A DNA stretch of 64,000 nt. It comes from an uncultured delta proteobacterium. Its GTDB lineage: Bacteria > Desulfobacterota > Desulfobacteria > Desulfobacterales > SG8-13. The notes under the pieces were generated by a model that saw only the letters and a list, made by a program, of their open reading frames with translations, did not search any database and was not told the origin of the DNA. The position numbers and the translations under genes are program-made. Shown piece by piece: positions 44,722-54,126 of the stretch. Where the stretch lies: the NCBI GenBank assembly GCA_963848135.1, contig CAWKCK010000001.1:1-64000 (forward strand). Reading direction: 5' to 3'. Position 1 is the stretch's first letter. Every line of letters begins with the position of its first letter.

Positions 44722-45210
44722 TTAATGAAACGGGAATTTGTCCCAGAATATCTTATCGCCTTTTTGCCAGTCGGGACCGAAATGACGTTCGCAGTAAGAA
44801 CCCAGCCTCTCGAACCACCGTCCCCAAGTGCTCTGGCCTTTTTGCTGAGCATCCAGGATATCTTCCAAAAAAGTGGAAATATTGACCATTTCTTCTTTGG
44901 GGATATAGTAGGCGGCACCCTCTTTGAATGATTTGGAGACGTTTTCCGGGCTGAGCGCATGCGCGGTCAGCATCACTGCCGTCAGGTTCTTTTGGGTGGC
45001 GATCTGCAGCAGATCGTATCCGGACACACCCATGATGTCCAGAATGACAATGTCGAATGGATGGGACACCAGCATTTGTTTGGCCTTTTCAAAACTGCCG
45101 GCAGTCATGACGTTACAATCGGCGAGTAGATCCACAAGAGTGTCGAGCACGTCGGGCTCGTCATCCACCACGAGGATTTCCTTGTCCCTGAGAAGTGGTA
45201 AGCGCGTCAT
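44722..45210 (-). CDS. Stand-alone response-regulator receiver protein
   Basis: ILVVDDEPD, LDIMG, MLTAH, YIPK; likely start MTRLPLL at 45210. Confidence 0.88.
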   Translation of the reverse strand: MTRLPLLRDKEILVVDDEPDVLDTLVDLLADCNVMTAGSFEKAKQMLVSHPFDIVILDIMGVSGYDLLQIATQKNLTAVMLTAHALSPENVSKSFKEGAAYYIPKEEMVNISTFLEDILDAQQKGQSTWGRWFERLGSYCERHFGPDWQKGDKIFWDKFPFH

Positions 45211-45422
45211 CTGTGCATCCTTTATTCGTCTGATTCGTGTGTGTTTAACCGTCTGCTGAGAAACCGCAATTGGACAACTCTTTGATACGAAAAAAAATAA
45301 GACATTTTGGTAAATTAGCAAGGCATCCAGGATCTCGGCGGCAATAACAGACGAATGACCAAATTCACCATGCGCAAAGGAATCACGATAGCGATATTTA
45401 TTATAATCAGGCAAAAAAATAC

Positions 45423-45452
45423 TTGACATGCAATACCACAATGTGGCACCAT
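45423..45452 (+). promoter_or_regulatory. Putative sigma70 promoter for the small-ORF transcript
   Basis: TTGACA at 45423, weak -10 CACCAT 18 bp later, CCACA-A-TGTGG palindrome in the spacer. Confidence 0.45.
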
Positions 45453-45659
45453 ACAAATAACTCGGGCATTCCCGGGTAGCGTAATAACCTCCTTTAGTAG
45501 ACATTGGTAATTGGCAGTCCACAACATGCGGGTCGTCAGCTCCCGGTCCCGCCTTGAAAGACCTCGGTGGTCACCACCCCGTGATGCCGGGTTAGAATAC
45601 TGCCGGGTGACGAGGATCCTTAATCGAAAGCCCTTCAGTCAAACAGACGGAGGTGTAGA

Positions 45660-45746
45660 ATGACCAGAAAAGTTCTAAAAGAGCCTCTATGAGGCCTTCT
45701 GGACGTTTTCAATCCTTGAAGGCCATGATGTGAGTGAATCGAGTAA
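45660..45746 (+). CDS. Candidate 28-aa multi-selenocysteine peptide MTRKVLKEPLUGLLDVFNPURPUCEUIE
   Basis: SD GGAGGTG, ATG 45660, in-frame TGA at codons 11, 20, 23 and 26, TAA at 45744; hairpin directly after first TGA; own terminator. Confidence 0.5.
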
Positions 45747-45793
45747 ATCGCCTCCATGCCAACTGGGTATGGAATAAAAGTTGATGACCATCG

Positions 45794-45830
45794 CGGGCCG
45801 CTTCCTTTTGAAGCGGCCCGTTTCATTTTT
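45794..45830 (+). terminator. Intrinsic terminator
   Basis: CGGGCCGCTTC-CTTTT-GAAGCGGCCCG followed by TTTCATTTTT. Confidence 0.85.
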
Positions 45831-45887
45831 CAGGTTTCTTGAAAAATTATATGAAAGATGCGGGCTGGGAATACGGATCGCATGTGA

Positions 45888-46772
45888 CTATTCATAGAGC
45901 AGGGACACTATGGCATCGACAATGATGGCGGGCTGCTTCCAGACAACAAAATGCCCCGCCTGGGGAACACGGATGATCCTGGCCCGACTTCCCAGGGCAT
46001 TTTCTGCAAAGTCTGCATTGGCGGGCGATGAAAGGTGGTCCTTGTCTCCCTGGATCACGATGACAGGGACTTGGATTTGCTTCCAGAGCGGGCGCATCTG
46101 TAATAGTTCGCCGTATAGGGGCATCACTTCCTGATTGGCAAGAAACAGCTCGGTGGGTAAGGCCCAGCGAACCAACGGGCTGTCGGCCAAACGATTGTAC
46201 CAGCGTGGTTTTTCCAATTCCGGATCGATGGAAGGGGCCACGAGAACCAGCCCCTCGACCAGATCGGGATGGTCTATTGCCAGGCGTGCGGCAATGGATG
46301 CTCCCAGGGAATGACCAACCAGGATCGCGCGGCGTCCGCTGAAGTCATGCTGCAGTAGTTGTGCCAGCAAATCGGCTTGCTCCCGGAGGGACGTCACCAA
46401 GTGCGTATGGCCGGATCGGCCGAAACCGGGCCTATCGACGGCAATCAGTTGCGCCCGATTGCGCAACGAATCATCTGCCAGATACTGACCGAACCCCCGC
46501 CAGGACCCGGGCGTTCCATGAATGAATACAACCAGGGGTTGATTTGAATTGCCGGTTGCTACATAAAATATCGTTCGGTCGCCGACAGTCGTTTCATGTA
46601 ATTTCGGTTTGTCGGCCCCGCGCAGCAATTTTTCCGTCACAGATTCATCATATGGCGGCATGCCGCACCCTTCCCAAAGAAATCCGCTCAATGTAAATAG
46701 ACATAGCAATAACGATGCCTTGCGATGTCTTTTTCCCGTGTGTGAGTGATTCACTGTCCGATCCTTTCGCAC
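45888..46772 (-). CDS. Alpha/beta hydrolase, probable lipoprotein
   Basis: FIHGTPGS, VDRPGFG, GHSLG, QGDKD, AGHF. Confidence 0.9.
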   Translation of the reverse strand: MRKDRTVNHSHTGKRHRKASLLLCLFTLSGFLWEGCGMPPYDESVTEKLLRGADKPKLHETTVGDRTIFYVATGNSNQPLVVFIHGTPGSWRGFGQYLADDSLRNRAQLIAVDRPGFGRSGHTHLVTSLREQADLLAQLLQHDFSGRRAILVGHSLGASIAARLAIDHPDLVEGLVLVAPSIDPELEKPRWYNRLADSPLVRWALPTELFLANQEVMPLYGELLQMRPLWKQIQVPVIVIQGDKDHLSSPANADFAENALGSRARIIRVPQAGHFVVWKQPAIIVDAIVSLLYE

Positions 46773-46806
46773 CGCCTAGACGTGGTTGCCATAATGATCT
46801 GTTACC

Positions 46807-47019
46807 TGAAAGTTATCTCAAAATTAGGATTTTCGGTCGAGATCAAGGCGAGACCGAGGATCCCCGCTGGGCGGGATTTCCCATCCGATCCAACACAGCA
46901 TGTGGGTCATCACCCGCAGGCAGTCTCAAGTATGTCGAGGACTTGAGTCAAGGGTTCAGCGCTTAGATTTATCCGCCTCTGGCAGATCTGGCTTAAAGAC
47001 TTTATTGAGATGCCTTCTA
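46807..47019. mobile_element. MITE-like element (about 210 bp)
   Basis: Imperfect terminal inverted repeats AAAGTTATCTCAAAA / TATTGAGATGCCTTCTA; homologous copy at 18361-18451. Confidence 0.7.
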
Positions 47020-47337
47020 ATCAATAAGGAGGATTACAGGCACCTGTGTGGAGGAATCGAATATCACGAAACAGATGGATCCTTCGAGCACCAGGATTGT
47101 TTCGGATTTGGGGGGAGACAGATGGCGATGGGGCCGGATATAGCTGCCGGGCTGCAGGGCATTGAGCATGCGATGACACGCGTCGGCGTCGGTTTTGTGA
47201 AACGGCAGGATGATCCGCCCGCGCGGGCTCTCGTGGGTTGCCTGCACGGTGCGGCCGATCTGTGAACGATCGATAATGTTCACCGTTTCCATGGGCGCAT
47301 CCAGGGCCAGAGGAAAACCACCGTTGGGCTTGGGCAT
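47017..47337 (-). pseudogene. WbuC-family cupin, 3'-truncated at the MITE
   Basis: SPRGR..FH...HRMLNALQPGSYIRPHRH..PPKSE; second cupin motif missing; stop supplied by the element end. Confidence 0.7.
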
Positions 47338-47350
47338 GTCGACTTACCGT

Positions 47351-47385
47351 GTCTTGCCGGCGCTCATGACGTTTTTCAACATCCG
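47351..47385. repeat. Remnant of the right end of the 59008-59171 MITE
   Basis: GTCTTGCCGGCGCTCATGACGTTTTTCAACATCC vs GTCTTTCCGGCGCTCATGACGTTTTTCAACACCC. Confidence 0.75.
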
Positions 47386-47581
47386 GCTGTAGTTATTGTC
47401 AAAATAACGCTCCGTTATTCGACGGTTTTTCTACAACCACTTATATAACTCTTCCGTATTTCGGAATATATTGTTGAAAGCGGTACAAACACAAAAGGCT
47501 GTCGCTGGTGCGAATCTCCGTTCATTCAAGGGGCACCTCCGCCCCACCAACAGCCCCGGTATTGAGCCGGAACCAGATGAT

Positions 47582-47686
47582 TTACTTATCTTTGTCCTCC
47601 GTGCTTTTCTTTTTCTTGGGGCGGCTTTTTCCAAAAGTCCCCCGATGTATTTTCCCGCGCTTTGAGCGTTGGTCACCTTTTCCCAT
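47582..47686 (-). CDS. thx: 30S ribosomal protein bTHX (Thx)
   Basis: SD AAGGAGGTG; MGKGDQRSKRGKIHRGTFGKSRPKKKKSTEDKDK* matches the MGKGDxxxxRGKIxxGTxGK signature. Confidence 0.92.
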   Translation of the reverse strand: MGKGDQRSKRGKIHRGTFGKSRPKKKKSTEDKDK

Positions 47687-47776
47687 GATAACACCTCCTT
47701 TCTAAATGACATAATGGGCAGCCAAAATTCATCACTTGCCCGAAACGACCATGTTTACATCAATACGAATAGTTTT

Positions 47777-48358
47777 TCAAGTGAATATCTTATCGACGTT
47801 CTCCCGACGCAATTCAACCGAAACCTCTTCAATCCGACGGACTGCATCATCGAACCCTTCTGTGGTCTCCTTCATGTGCGGCCGTAGTGCGGCGTTGAGA
47901 TCTCTTTCGACCTGGTTGAGGCGGTTGCAGAACAGCAGATAATTGGTTCGGGTCCGGTAGGCCGACCGCACCAGTTCAGCAATTTCATCACCCTCTGCCT
48001 GTAACAGATCGGTATAATGTTGGATCAGGACGGCAAGAAGTTCGCGGTAGGCACCCAGGGTCTCGGCGGGCAGCTTGGCCAGCTTGACCAACTCCTCCAA
48101 ATTTGGTGCGCTATCCTCTGAAATCGCATCCCTAGCGGCATTAAGGGCGCGTTTTCTGCTGATCAGGTAGTTAGCGGTGAAGTCCTCCCGTCCTTGCTTG
48201 TATTTGTTGAATTGGTAGAAGAAATAAACAAATATCACTGGAATGAGTATCATCCAGATACTCAGTTTTGGTTTGTTAATGACCCGGCTCCCCAGCATGA
48301 TGGCAAACCGTTGTTCATTTTTTTCTATAATTTCAGATTTTTCGTTGATATCTGCCAT
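47777..48358 (-). CDS. Hypothetical protein with one TM segment
   Basis: KPKLSIWMILIPVIFVYFF followed by helical domain. Confidence 0.8.
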   Translation of the reverse strand: MADINEKSEIIEKNEQRFAIMLGSRVINKPKLSIWMILIPVIFVYFFYQFNKYKQGREDFTANYLISRKRALNAARDAISEDSAPNLEELVKLAKLPAETLGAYRELLAVLIQHYTDLLQAEGDEIAELVRSAYRTRTNYLLFCNRLNQVERDLNAALRPHMKETTEGFDDAVRRIEEVSVELRRENVDKIFT

Positions 48359-48514
48359 CACCGACAATTTCCTTAGGACCTTTTCCGGGGTTGAAATCGG
48401 GTGGGGCCATGCTTACCGTTTCCTTGTGTCGGGTGACATTTACACCGCCACTTGCCCGCGACGCTTTGACTTCGCGGGGCTCCGTATCATCAGAACGTAG
48501 AGGAGGATAATGAC

Positions 48515-48652
48515 ATGTCAGAAGAAAACGTTCGCAGCAAAGACAACTCGTGCTCCGAAAAATGCGATGAAGACTTCATCCGCTGCGTGGAGCATTCACG
48601 ATCAGACTGTCTGGACGACTTCAAAGGATGTTCATCCACCTGCAGTCGATGA
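48515..48652 (+). CDS. 45-aa six-cysteine peptide
   Basis: SD AGGAGG 8 nt upstream; MSEENVRSKDNSCSEKCDEDFIRCVEHSRSDCLDDFKGCSSTCSR*. Confidence 0.75.
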   Translation: MSEENVRSKDNSCSEKCDEDFIRCVEHSRSDCLDDFKGCSSTCSR

Positions 48653-48771
48653 ATCCTGAAGAAAACCTGAAAATCTGGCCGGTGTGCACCGCTTAGCCTT
48701 CAACGAGCCAGCGAACGGTGTTGCACCGGCCTCTTCCCCGTTATTCCCTCATTCCCATGCCGTTGCCTGAT

Positions 48772-49203
48772 TTATCCAGATGAACGTTTGGCGGACTTGG
48801 CCGCCACGCTTTGATTGAACCGTTCGGCATCGATGAGAAAACGTTGATGGGTACCACGGCTTATGCGGTCAACGCCATCATCGGCCTCGATATCAAAGGT
48901 CAGCTTGCGCCCATCGACTGCCGAAAGCGTTCCCCTGATCGTTACCGTCAAGCCGGGCGGCGTCGCCGCGGTGTGATCCAGGTCGACCTTGATGCCAACA
49001 CTTTGCTCTCGCGGCCAGTCGATATGCGGATTGATCGCCTCGATACAGGCCCATTCGACCAGTCCCACCATGAAACCGGTGGCCAGGACCTGCGGCATTT
49101 CTTGAAACTGGACCGCCTCGGGGAAAAGGTGGGGAACGGTTTTATTGTCCGGAACCGTGTAGGTAAACGTGAAGGTCATGCCGGGTTTAAGTGATGATTC
49201 CAC
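48772..49203 (-). CDS. FlK-like hotdog thioesterase
   Basis: VLATGFMVGLVEWAC, HTAATPPG, GTHQR. Confidence 0.88.
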   Translation of the reverse strand: MESSLKPGMTFTFTYTVPDNKTVPHLFPEAVQFQEMPQVLATGFMVGLVEWACIEAINPHIDWPREQSVGIKVDLDHTAATPPGLTVTIRGTLSAVDGRKLTFDIEADDGVDRISRGTHQRFLIDAERFNQSVAAKSAKRSSG

Positions 49204-49409
49204 TGCTGGTCCTCCTGTTCGCGTGATTAACGGATGCGCCGGTGTGTTCGGTGGTGAGGGCGGCCATTGTTACCGAATGTCACCTGGCGATCATGGTATG
49301 TGCTTACGGTACAGTCAAGTGATAATTTGCCTGCATGTTTCATGAATATCTTTCAGCAATCCTACCCAAAATACATACTAGTGAGGCGGGCTATCGCGCC
49401 AATCGAGGG

Positions 49410-50507
49410 TCATTGGGTGCGGATAAGGTCTATAACGGCCGCTTCGACATCATGAATATCATGTGGCCCGCCAAATTCGATGGGGCGGATCTTACCGGAA
49501 GAAAAACCGGTTGTAACGGCTTTATCCAAGGCCCGGCCAGCGGCAACACAGGCGTCGCTCTCGTGTTTGGTCCCCAGCCAGTCCAGCATCATGGCTGCCG
49601 AGAGAAACATGGCCGTCGGATTGGCCCTGCCCGTTCCGGCAATATCCGGGGCACTGCCATGCGCCGGCTGAAACAGGCCATGGTGGTCACCGATCTCGGC
49701 ACAGGGCGCCATGCCCATGCCACCGATAATCCCACCGCCCAGGTCCGAGAGGATATCAGCAAACATATTTTCTGATACCAGGACATCGAAATCCCATGGA
49801 CGGCGGACCAGATCCAATGCCATGGCGTCGACATAAGAATACTCGGTATCGATGTCGGGGAAACGGGCCGCCCGTTCAGTGAATATTTTGCGGAAAAATG
49901 CATACGCCTTGAAGACATTGGCCTTGTCTACGCATGTTACCCGGCCTTTTCCGCCCCTTTGCTTTCGCTGCCGGGCAATGGTGAATGCGCGGTCGAAAAG
50001 GCGCTCGCAGGTGCCGCGGGTGATCACCAGGGTTTCGCGGGCTTCCCGATCATCAATGATTTCACCCTTTCCGGCGGAAGCAAACAAACCCTCGGTCGAT
50101 TCCCGCAAAACGATCAGATCGATTTGTGCGGCTCTGGGATCGGCCAGCGGTCCGGGGACGTTGGGAAATGACTTCACGGGACGGATGCCGGCATAAAGGT
50201 CGAAAACCGCCCGCATTTTCAAGTGGGGGGATATCTCGGTGCCGTCCGGATAGCGAATTTGCGGGAGTCCCATGGCACCCAAAAGGATGGCATCGGCATC
50301 ACGGGCTTTCTCCAGGTTTTCATCGCTGATATCGCAGCCCGATTCGGAATAAAATTGTGCTCCGGCAGGCAGGATATCGGTTTTAAGCCTGAATCCCCCG
50401 CTGGCTTTTTCCAGGTGCCTTAAAACGTTGAGACCGGCCGACATGATTTCATTGCCGATACCGTCCCCGGGAAATACGGCAATGGAAAATTCGTTTTTTG
50501 AAATCAC
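49410..50507 (-). CDS. Isocitrate/isopropylmalate/tartrate dehydrogenase family enzyme
   Basis: GDGIGNE, RESTEG, VDKANV, YVDAMA, ENMFADILSD, QPAHGSAPDIAG. Confidence 0.92.
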   Translation of the reverse strand: MISKNEFSIAVFPGDGIGNEIMSAGLNVLRHLEKASGGFRLKTDILPAGAQFYSESGCDISDENLEKARDADAILLGAMGLPQIRYPDGTEISPHLKMRAVFDLYAGIRPVKSFPNVPGPLADPRAAQIDLIVLRESTEGLFASAGKGEIIDDREARETLVITRGTCERLFDRAFTIARQRKQRGGKGRVTCVDKANVFKAYAFFRKIFTERAARFPDIDTEYSYVDAMALDLVRRPWDFDVLVSENMFADILSDLGGGIIGGMGMAPCAEIGDHHGLFQPAHGSAPDIAGTGRANPTAMFLSAAMMLDWLGTKHESDACVAAGRALDKAVTTGFSSGKIRPIEFGGPHDIHDVEAAVIDLIRTQ

Positions 50508-50669
50508 CGTTCCTCCTTATGAGAAGCCTTTTTCATTTCAATTCAATGCTCCCTAAAAAAGAGTTCATACTGTTTGCGGGTTATCGTGGTTGTTATAAAA
50601 TCGTTCCGTTACCCGATCGTTTTTTTCACCAGACACTTATTCCATCTTTCCGTATTTCAGAATTTATTT

Positions 50670-51746
50670 TTAGAAAGGGGACGAAGCGATCGGGTTTTTC
50701 AAACTCACGGGGAGGCCGCTGTGTGCCGATTCATAGCAGGCTTCAACGGCTGCCAGAGTTTTCAAGTAATCGGTCCCGCTGGTTTCAAATTCCCTATCAC
50801 TGCGTAGCTGTTCGATGAAATGCCTGAGCGCGAAATAACAGCTGTCACCGGCAAAGCCCCTGATTTTGTGGTCATAGGTATGACGATATGAGGTTTTACC
50901 GAGCGGTTTGATGATGATATCCCCGCACGAATCCATGATCAAATGACCGCCCAGACCATCAAGACGCATAATACCGAAAGTGGTGCGGGGATCGCAGGTA
51001 TAGAGATTGACCCCGGTTTCATTTTCGTTGTAACGGCTGGCATCCAGAACGGCAGTGATGCCGTTCTCGAAAGTAAACAACACCTGGCCACTGTCTTCCC
51101 CCTTGATAACCGGATTCAGCCGCTTCAACTGAGCATAGACTTTACTTATTTCTCCAAAGAGAAATCGAAACGTGTCGATAAAGTGGACCCCGGTTTCATA
51201 TATGAGAAGCCTCGGGTATTCACGGAAAAACGGTTGCCGTGTGAGATAGGCATTCTGGCCCCAACCGTCTCCCATTCGCATCTGGAAATAGACGCCTGTC
51301 ACCTCACCGATAGCGCCGCCGTCCAATAAGTTCTTGATTTCCCGGTACCATGGCTGCCAGCGCCAGTTGTCGTTGACCATGAAGCGGACACCGGCCATTT
51401 GCATCTCATCGACAATTTGTCGGCTCTCTGAATAGGTGGGGGCCAGAGGTTTCTGGCAAAGAATGTGTATATTTCTCTGCGATGCATACCGGCAAATGGC
51501 GAGATGGGTCGGGGGAGGGGTGATGATATCGACGAAATCGGGTTTCTCCCGATCGATCATCTCCCGGTAGTCGGTATAGGCGGTGCTTATGCCGAATTCT
51601 TGCGTTCTTTTATCGGCCAGAAGGGAGTCCAGGTCGCACAGGGCCGTTAGCCGCACTTCGGGAATCCGGTTCCAGGCGTCGAGGTGGTATTGGCTGAAAT
51701 AGCCCGCGCCGATGCTGACGCCCTTCAATGCCTTTTTTGCACTCAT
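50670..51746 (-). CDS. Gfo/Idh/MocA-family NAD(P) oxidoreductase
   Basis: GAGYFS, DIITPPPTH, CQKPLAP, NWRWQPW, ETGVHFID. Confidence 0.92.
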   Translation of the reverse strand: MSAKKALKGVSIGAGYFSQYHLDAWNRIPEVRLTALCDLDSLLADKRTQEFGISTAYTDYREMIDREKPDFVDIITPPPTHLAICRYASQRNIHILCQKPLAPTYSESRQIVDEMQMAGVRFMVNDNWRWQPWYREIKNLLDGGAIGEVTGVYFQMRMGDGWGQNAYLTRQPFFREYPRLLIYETGVHFIDTFRFLFGEISKVYAQLKRLNPVIKGEDSGQVLFTFENGITAVLDASRYNENETGVNLYTCDPRTTFGIMRLDGLGGHLIMDSCGDIIIKPLGKTSYRHTYDHKIRGFAGDSCYFALRHFIEQLRSDREFETSGTDYLKTLAAVEACYESAHSGLPVSLKNPIASSPF

Positions 51747-51853
51747 CGTCCATTACTCCTCATCGTTATGGGCCTCCGCTTTCGCTGATTGGCTTCCCGC
51801 CATCCCGTGCTGCTTTTCACTAGTCCGTGGACACTTAATCTGCCATCAATTTT

Positions 51854-51888
51854 TCACCGACGGGCACTGGCTCAGTGCCCGTCGGTGA
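51854..51888. terminator. Perfect 16-bp hairpin
   Basis: TCACCGACGGGCACTG-GCT-CAGTGCCCGTCGGTGA. Confidence 0.55.
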
Positions 51889-51907
51889 GTCATTAAAGGC
51901 AATACAG

Positions 51908-52053
51908 TGTGTTCAATTCATAAATGAGAATTTTTTTCGCTGGGCAAGGCCGCACAAAGGTTTGCGGCGAGGCGTACTGTACGTACGCCGCAGCTGAAAA
52001 CCTGCGGAGAACGCCGCCCAACGGAAAAAAGGGCCATTTATGGACGGAAACTA
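51908..52053. mobile_element. MITE-like element
   Basis: Ends TTCATAAATG / CATTTATGGACGGAAACTA, internal GGCGTAC-N5-GTACGCC hairpin; same end seen alone at 31268-31281 (TAGTTTCCGTCCAT). Confidence 0.7.
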
Positions 52054-52337
52054 ACTCAGGGGTCGGGGAGTTTTTCCCGCAAATGCTGAACCAGAGCGGA
52101 GGGAGTGATCAGCAGCGAAAGCGCGCACTGTCCGAATGCATTAGGCAACTTTGGGAAAGAACAGCGGGAACTCCGGTTATCAGATTCGGGTCACAATAAG
52201 TGAACTGATTTCAACAGTTTTATATCATTATGAAATCTGTTCTTTCCTTAGGTTGCCTTATGCATGAGTTTGCGCGCTGAAGTCGCTGATTATTCTCTCC
52301 GCTACCGGATGGTGAAAACTCCCCGAGGGCTCAACTA
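52052..52337 (+). mobile_element. About 285-bp foldback MITE-like element, copy 1
   Basis: TCGGGGAGTTTT...AAAACTCCCCGA terminal repeats; near-identical inverted copy at 54127-54414. Confidence 0.85.
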
Positions 52338-52345
52338 ACTAACGG

Positions 52346-52999
52346 TTACAATTGAGACAGGCGATAGTATTCTAGTATTTCCAGCAGTGTTTCGGCTGTC
52401 CGGGTTCTGTGCTGGTGGTGCAGACGGCGCGCTGTTTCCCATTGCCCCTGTCTGATGGCGTCGAGCACCTGTCGATGCTCGATGTTCGATCGGTTTGGCA
52501 GTGGACGCAACCGCAGGGTTATCATGCGGGCGCGATGCGCCTGGTCACTCAAAGTGGCGGCCATGTCCGCCAAACGGCGGTTGTTACAAAGAGACAGCAA
52601 TGCCTGGTGAAATCGCGCATCTGCTTCGGCCCATGAATCCAAATCTTTGTGGGCCAATGCGTCCTCCATCTTCCGCAGGCAGTTCTCTAATGGACTCAGG
52701 TCGACCGAAGCGGGATTTTTTCCGTTCATCAAGGCGAGGGCGGCGGTTTCGAGACTCGTCAGCACCTCGTATATTTCTTTCATGTCAGCCGGTGAGAGCG
52801 GAACTACCCGCATCCCCCGTCGGGGTATGAGTTCAACGAGACCCTCCCTTTCCAGGCGGACAAGGGCTTCGCGCACCGGTGTTCGGCTCATGCCCAGTTC
52901 GGTCGCCAGTTCCTGTTCCAGCGCCTGGTGTCCCGGTGGGTATCGGTTCTCCAAAATGTTGCCCTTTATGGTTGTGTAGGCCTGGGTGGCAAAAGACAT
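52346..52999 (-). CDS. GntR-family regulator (FCD domain)
   Basis: GMSRTPVREAL HTH, DARFHQ, EHRQVLDAI. Confidence 0.93.
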   Translation of the reverse strand: MSFATQAYTTIKGNILENRYPPGHQALEQELATELGMSRTPVREALVRLEREGLVELIPRRGMRVVPLSPADMKEIYEVLTSLETAALALMNGKNPASVDLSPLENCLRKMEDALAHKDLDSWAEADARFHQALLSLCNNRRLADMAATLSDQAHRARMITLRLRPLPNRSNIEHRQVLDAIRQGQWETARRLHHQHRTRTAETLLEILEYYRLSQL

Positions 53000-53036
53000 G
53001 TTCCCACGTCCTCGCTTGGGGTTTGGGACCTCCTAA

Positions 53037-54009
53037 TCAATCGTCGAAGAGCCAGTGTACCGGTGGCCTTCCGGCGACCGGAGAGCGGAAGGTCGCCAAC
53101 GAATCGCCCAGCAGGCAACCAAGGTAAACGGTTCTGAGATCCGATCCACCGAAAGCCAGGCTCGATATATTTTTCAAACGATCGCTTATGACGGTATCCA
53201 GGTGCGGCCGGTCCATGCCGCCGGTCTGGAAAGCCTTTTCCGCGGTCATCACATGTTCCGGGTCAGCGTCTTCCAGTATGATCTGTTGTTTACCGTCGGG
53301 TGAGATCCGGATCACCCGGTTGCTGATAATACTGGTTACCCAGATGTAATCCTCGGCGTCAAAGGTCAATCCGTCCGGATATATGCCGATACCGAATTCC
53401 GCCACGGTATTCCTTGTCCTTGAGGGTACCGTCCGGCTGCACACGATAACGGCTCAGCCGTCTACCGAAGGTTTCATTCACGTAGAGCCATTCACCTTTT
53501 GCATCAAACTGGACCTCATTGGTGTAACCGATGTCGTCGGCAACTATCCTGGCGCCACCGGCATCCAACAGAACAATGAAACCATCGGCGACATCGGGGC
53601 GGTAACTTCTGGCACGGGGCTTTTGCCGGGTACTGATTGTTAGCCAGATGCGGTTCTCGCGGTCGATCATAACAAAATTTGATGGCGGCAGCTGGACCCC
53701 ATCCACTTCCGTCAGTTCGGCTGTGAGTTCACCGTTCCTTTGCAGGCGGTAGAGTCCGCCGTCATCGCCAATATTCGCCAGGAGGAAGGAACCGTCGGGG
53801 CACAAGGCAATGCCGTTCGGTTTCAGGTCAATATCCGCGTTGCCGGCCAGGATGCTTTCCACGGACCCGTCCGGTCGGATGCAGCTAACCCCGCCTTTCC
53901 AGTCGGCCGTATAGATATTGCCCCTGGCGGTAGTCAGGACGCATTCCGGGCGGATCAGACCACTGCCTGTGAAGGTTAAGGTTTCGAGCGAAATGGTGAA
54001 TGCGTCCAT
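53037..54009 (-). CDS. SMP-30/gluconolactonase-family protein, frameshift near 53415
   Basis: RPECV, PNGIAL, YTNEV, YPDGLTFD, SSLAFGG. Confidence 0.88.
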
Positions 54010-54126
54010 GGACTAGGCCTCCTATTCCATAATCGGTATGAATTTATCGGCGAACCTGGTGAAGAAATTGAAACCAGCGCATCACTTATGGTGGTATGGT
54101 ATACCTTTGGTGGAACTATTGTTTAT

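Noticed and set aside
45211..45522. N-terminal extension of the receiver protein
   Set aside because: AT-rich promoter-like DNA with non-protein-like composition
45660..45746. Genome-wide UGA reassignment to Trp or Gly
   Set aside because: TGA serves as a normal stop in many genes here (e.g. 9157, 11975, 18276, 56531)
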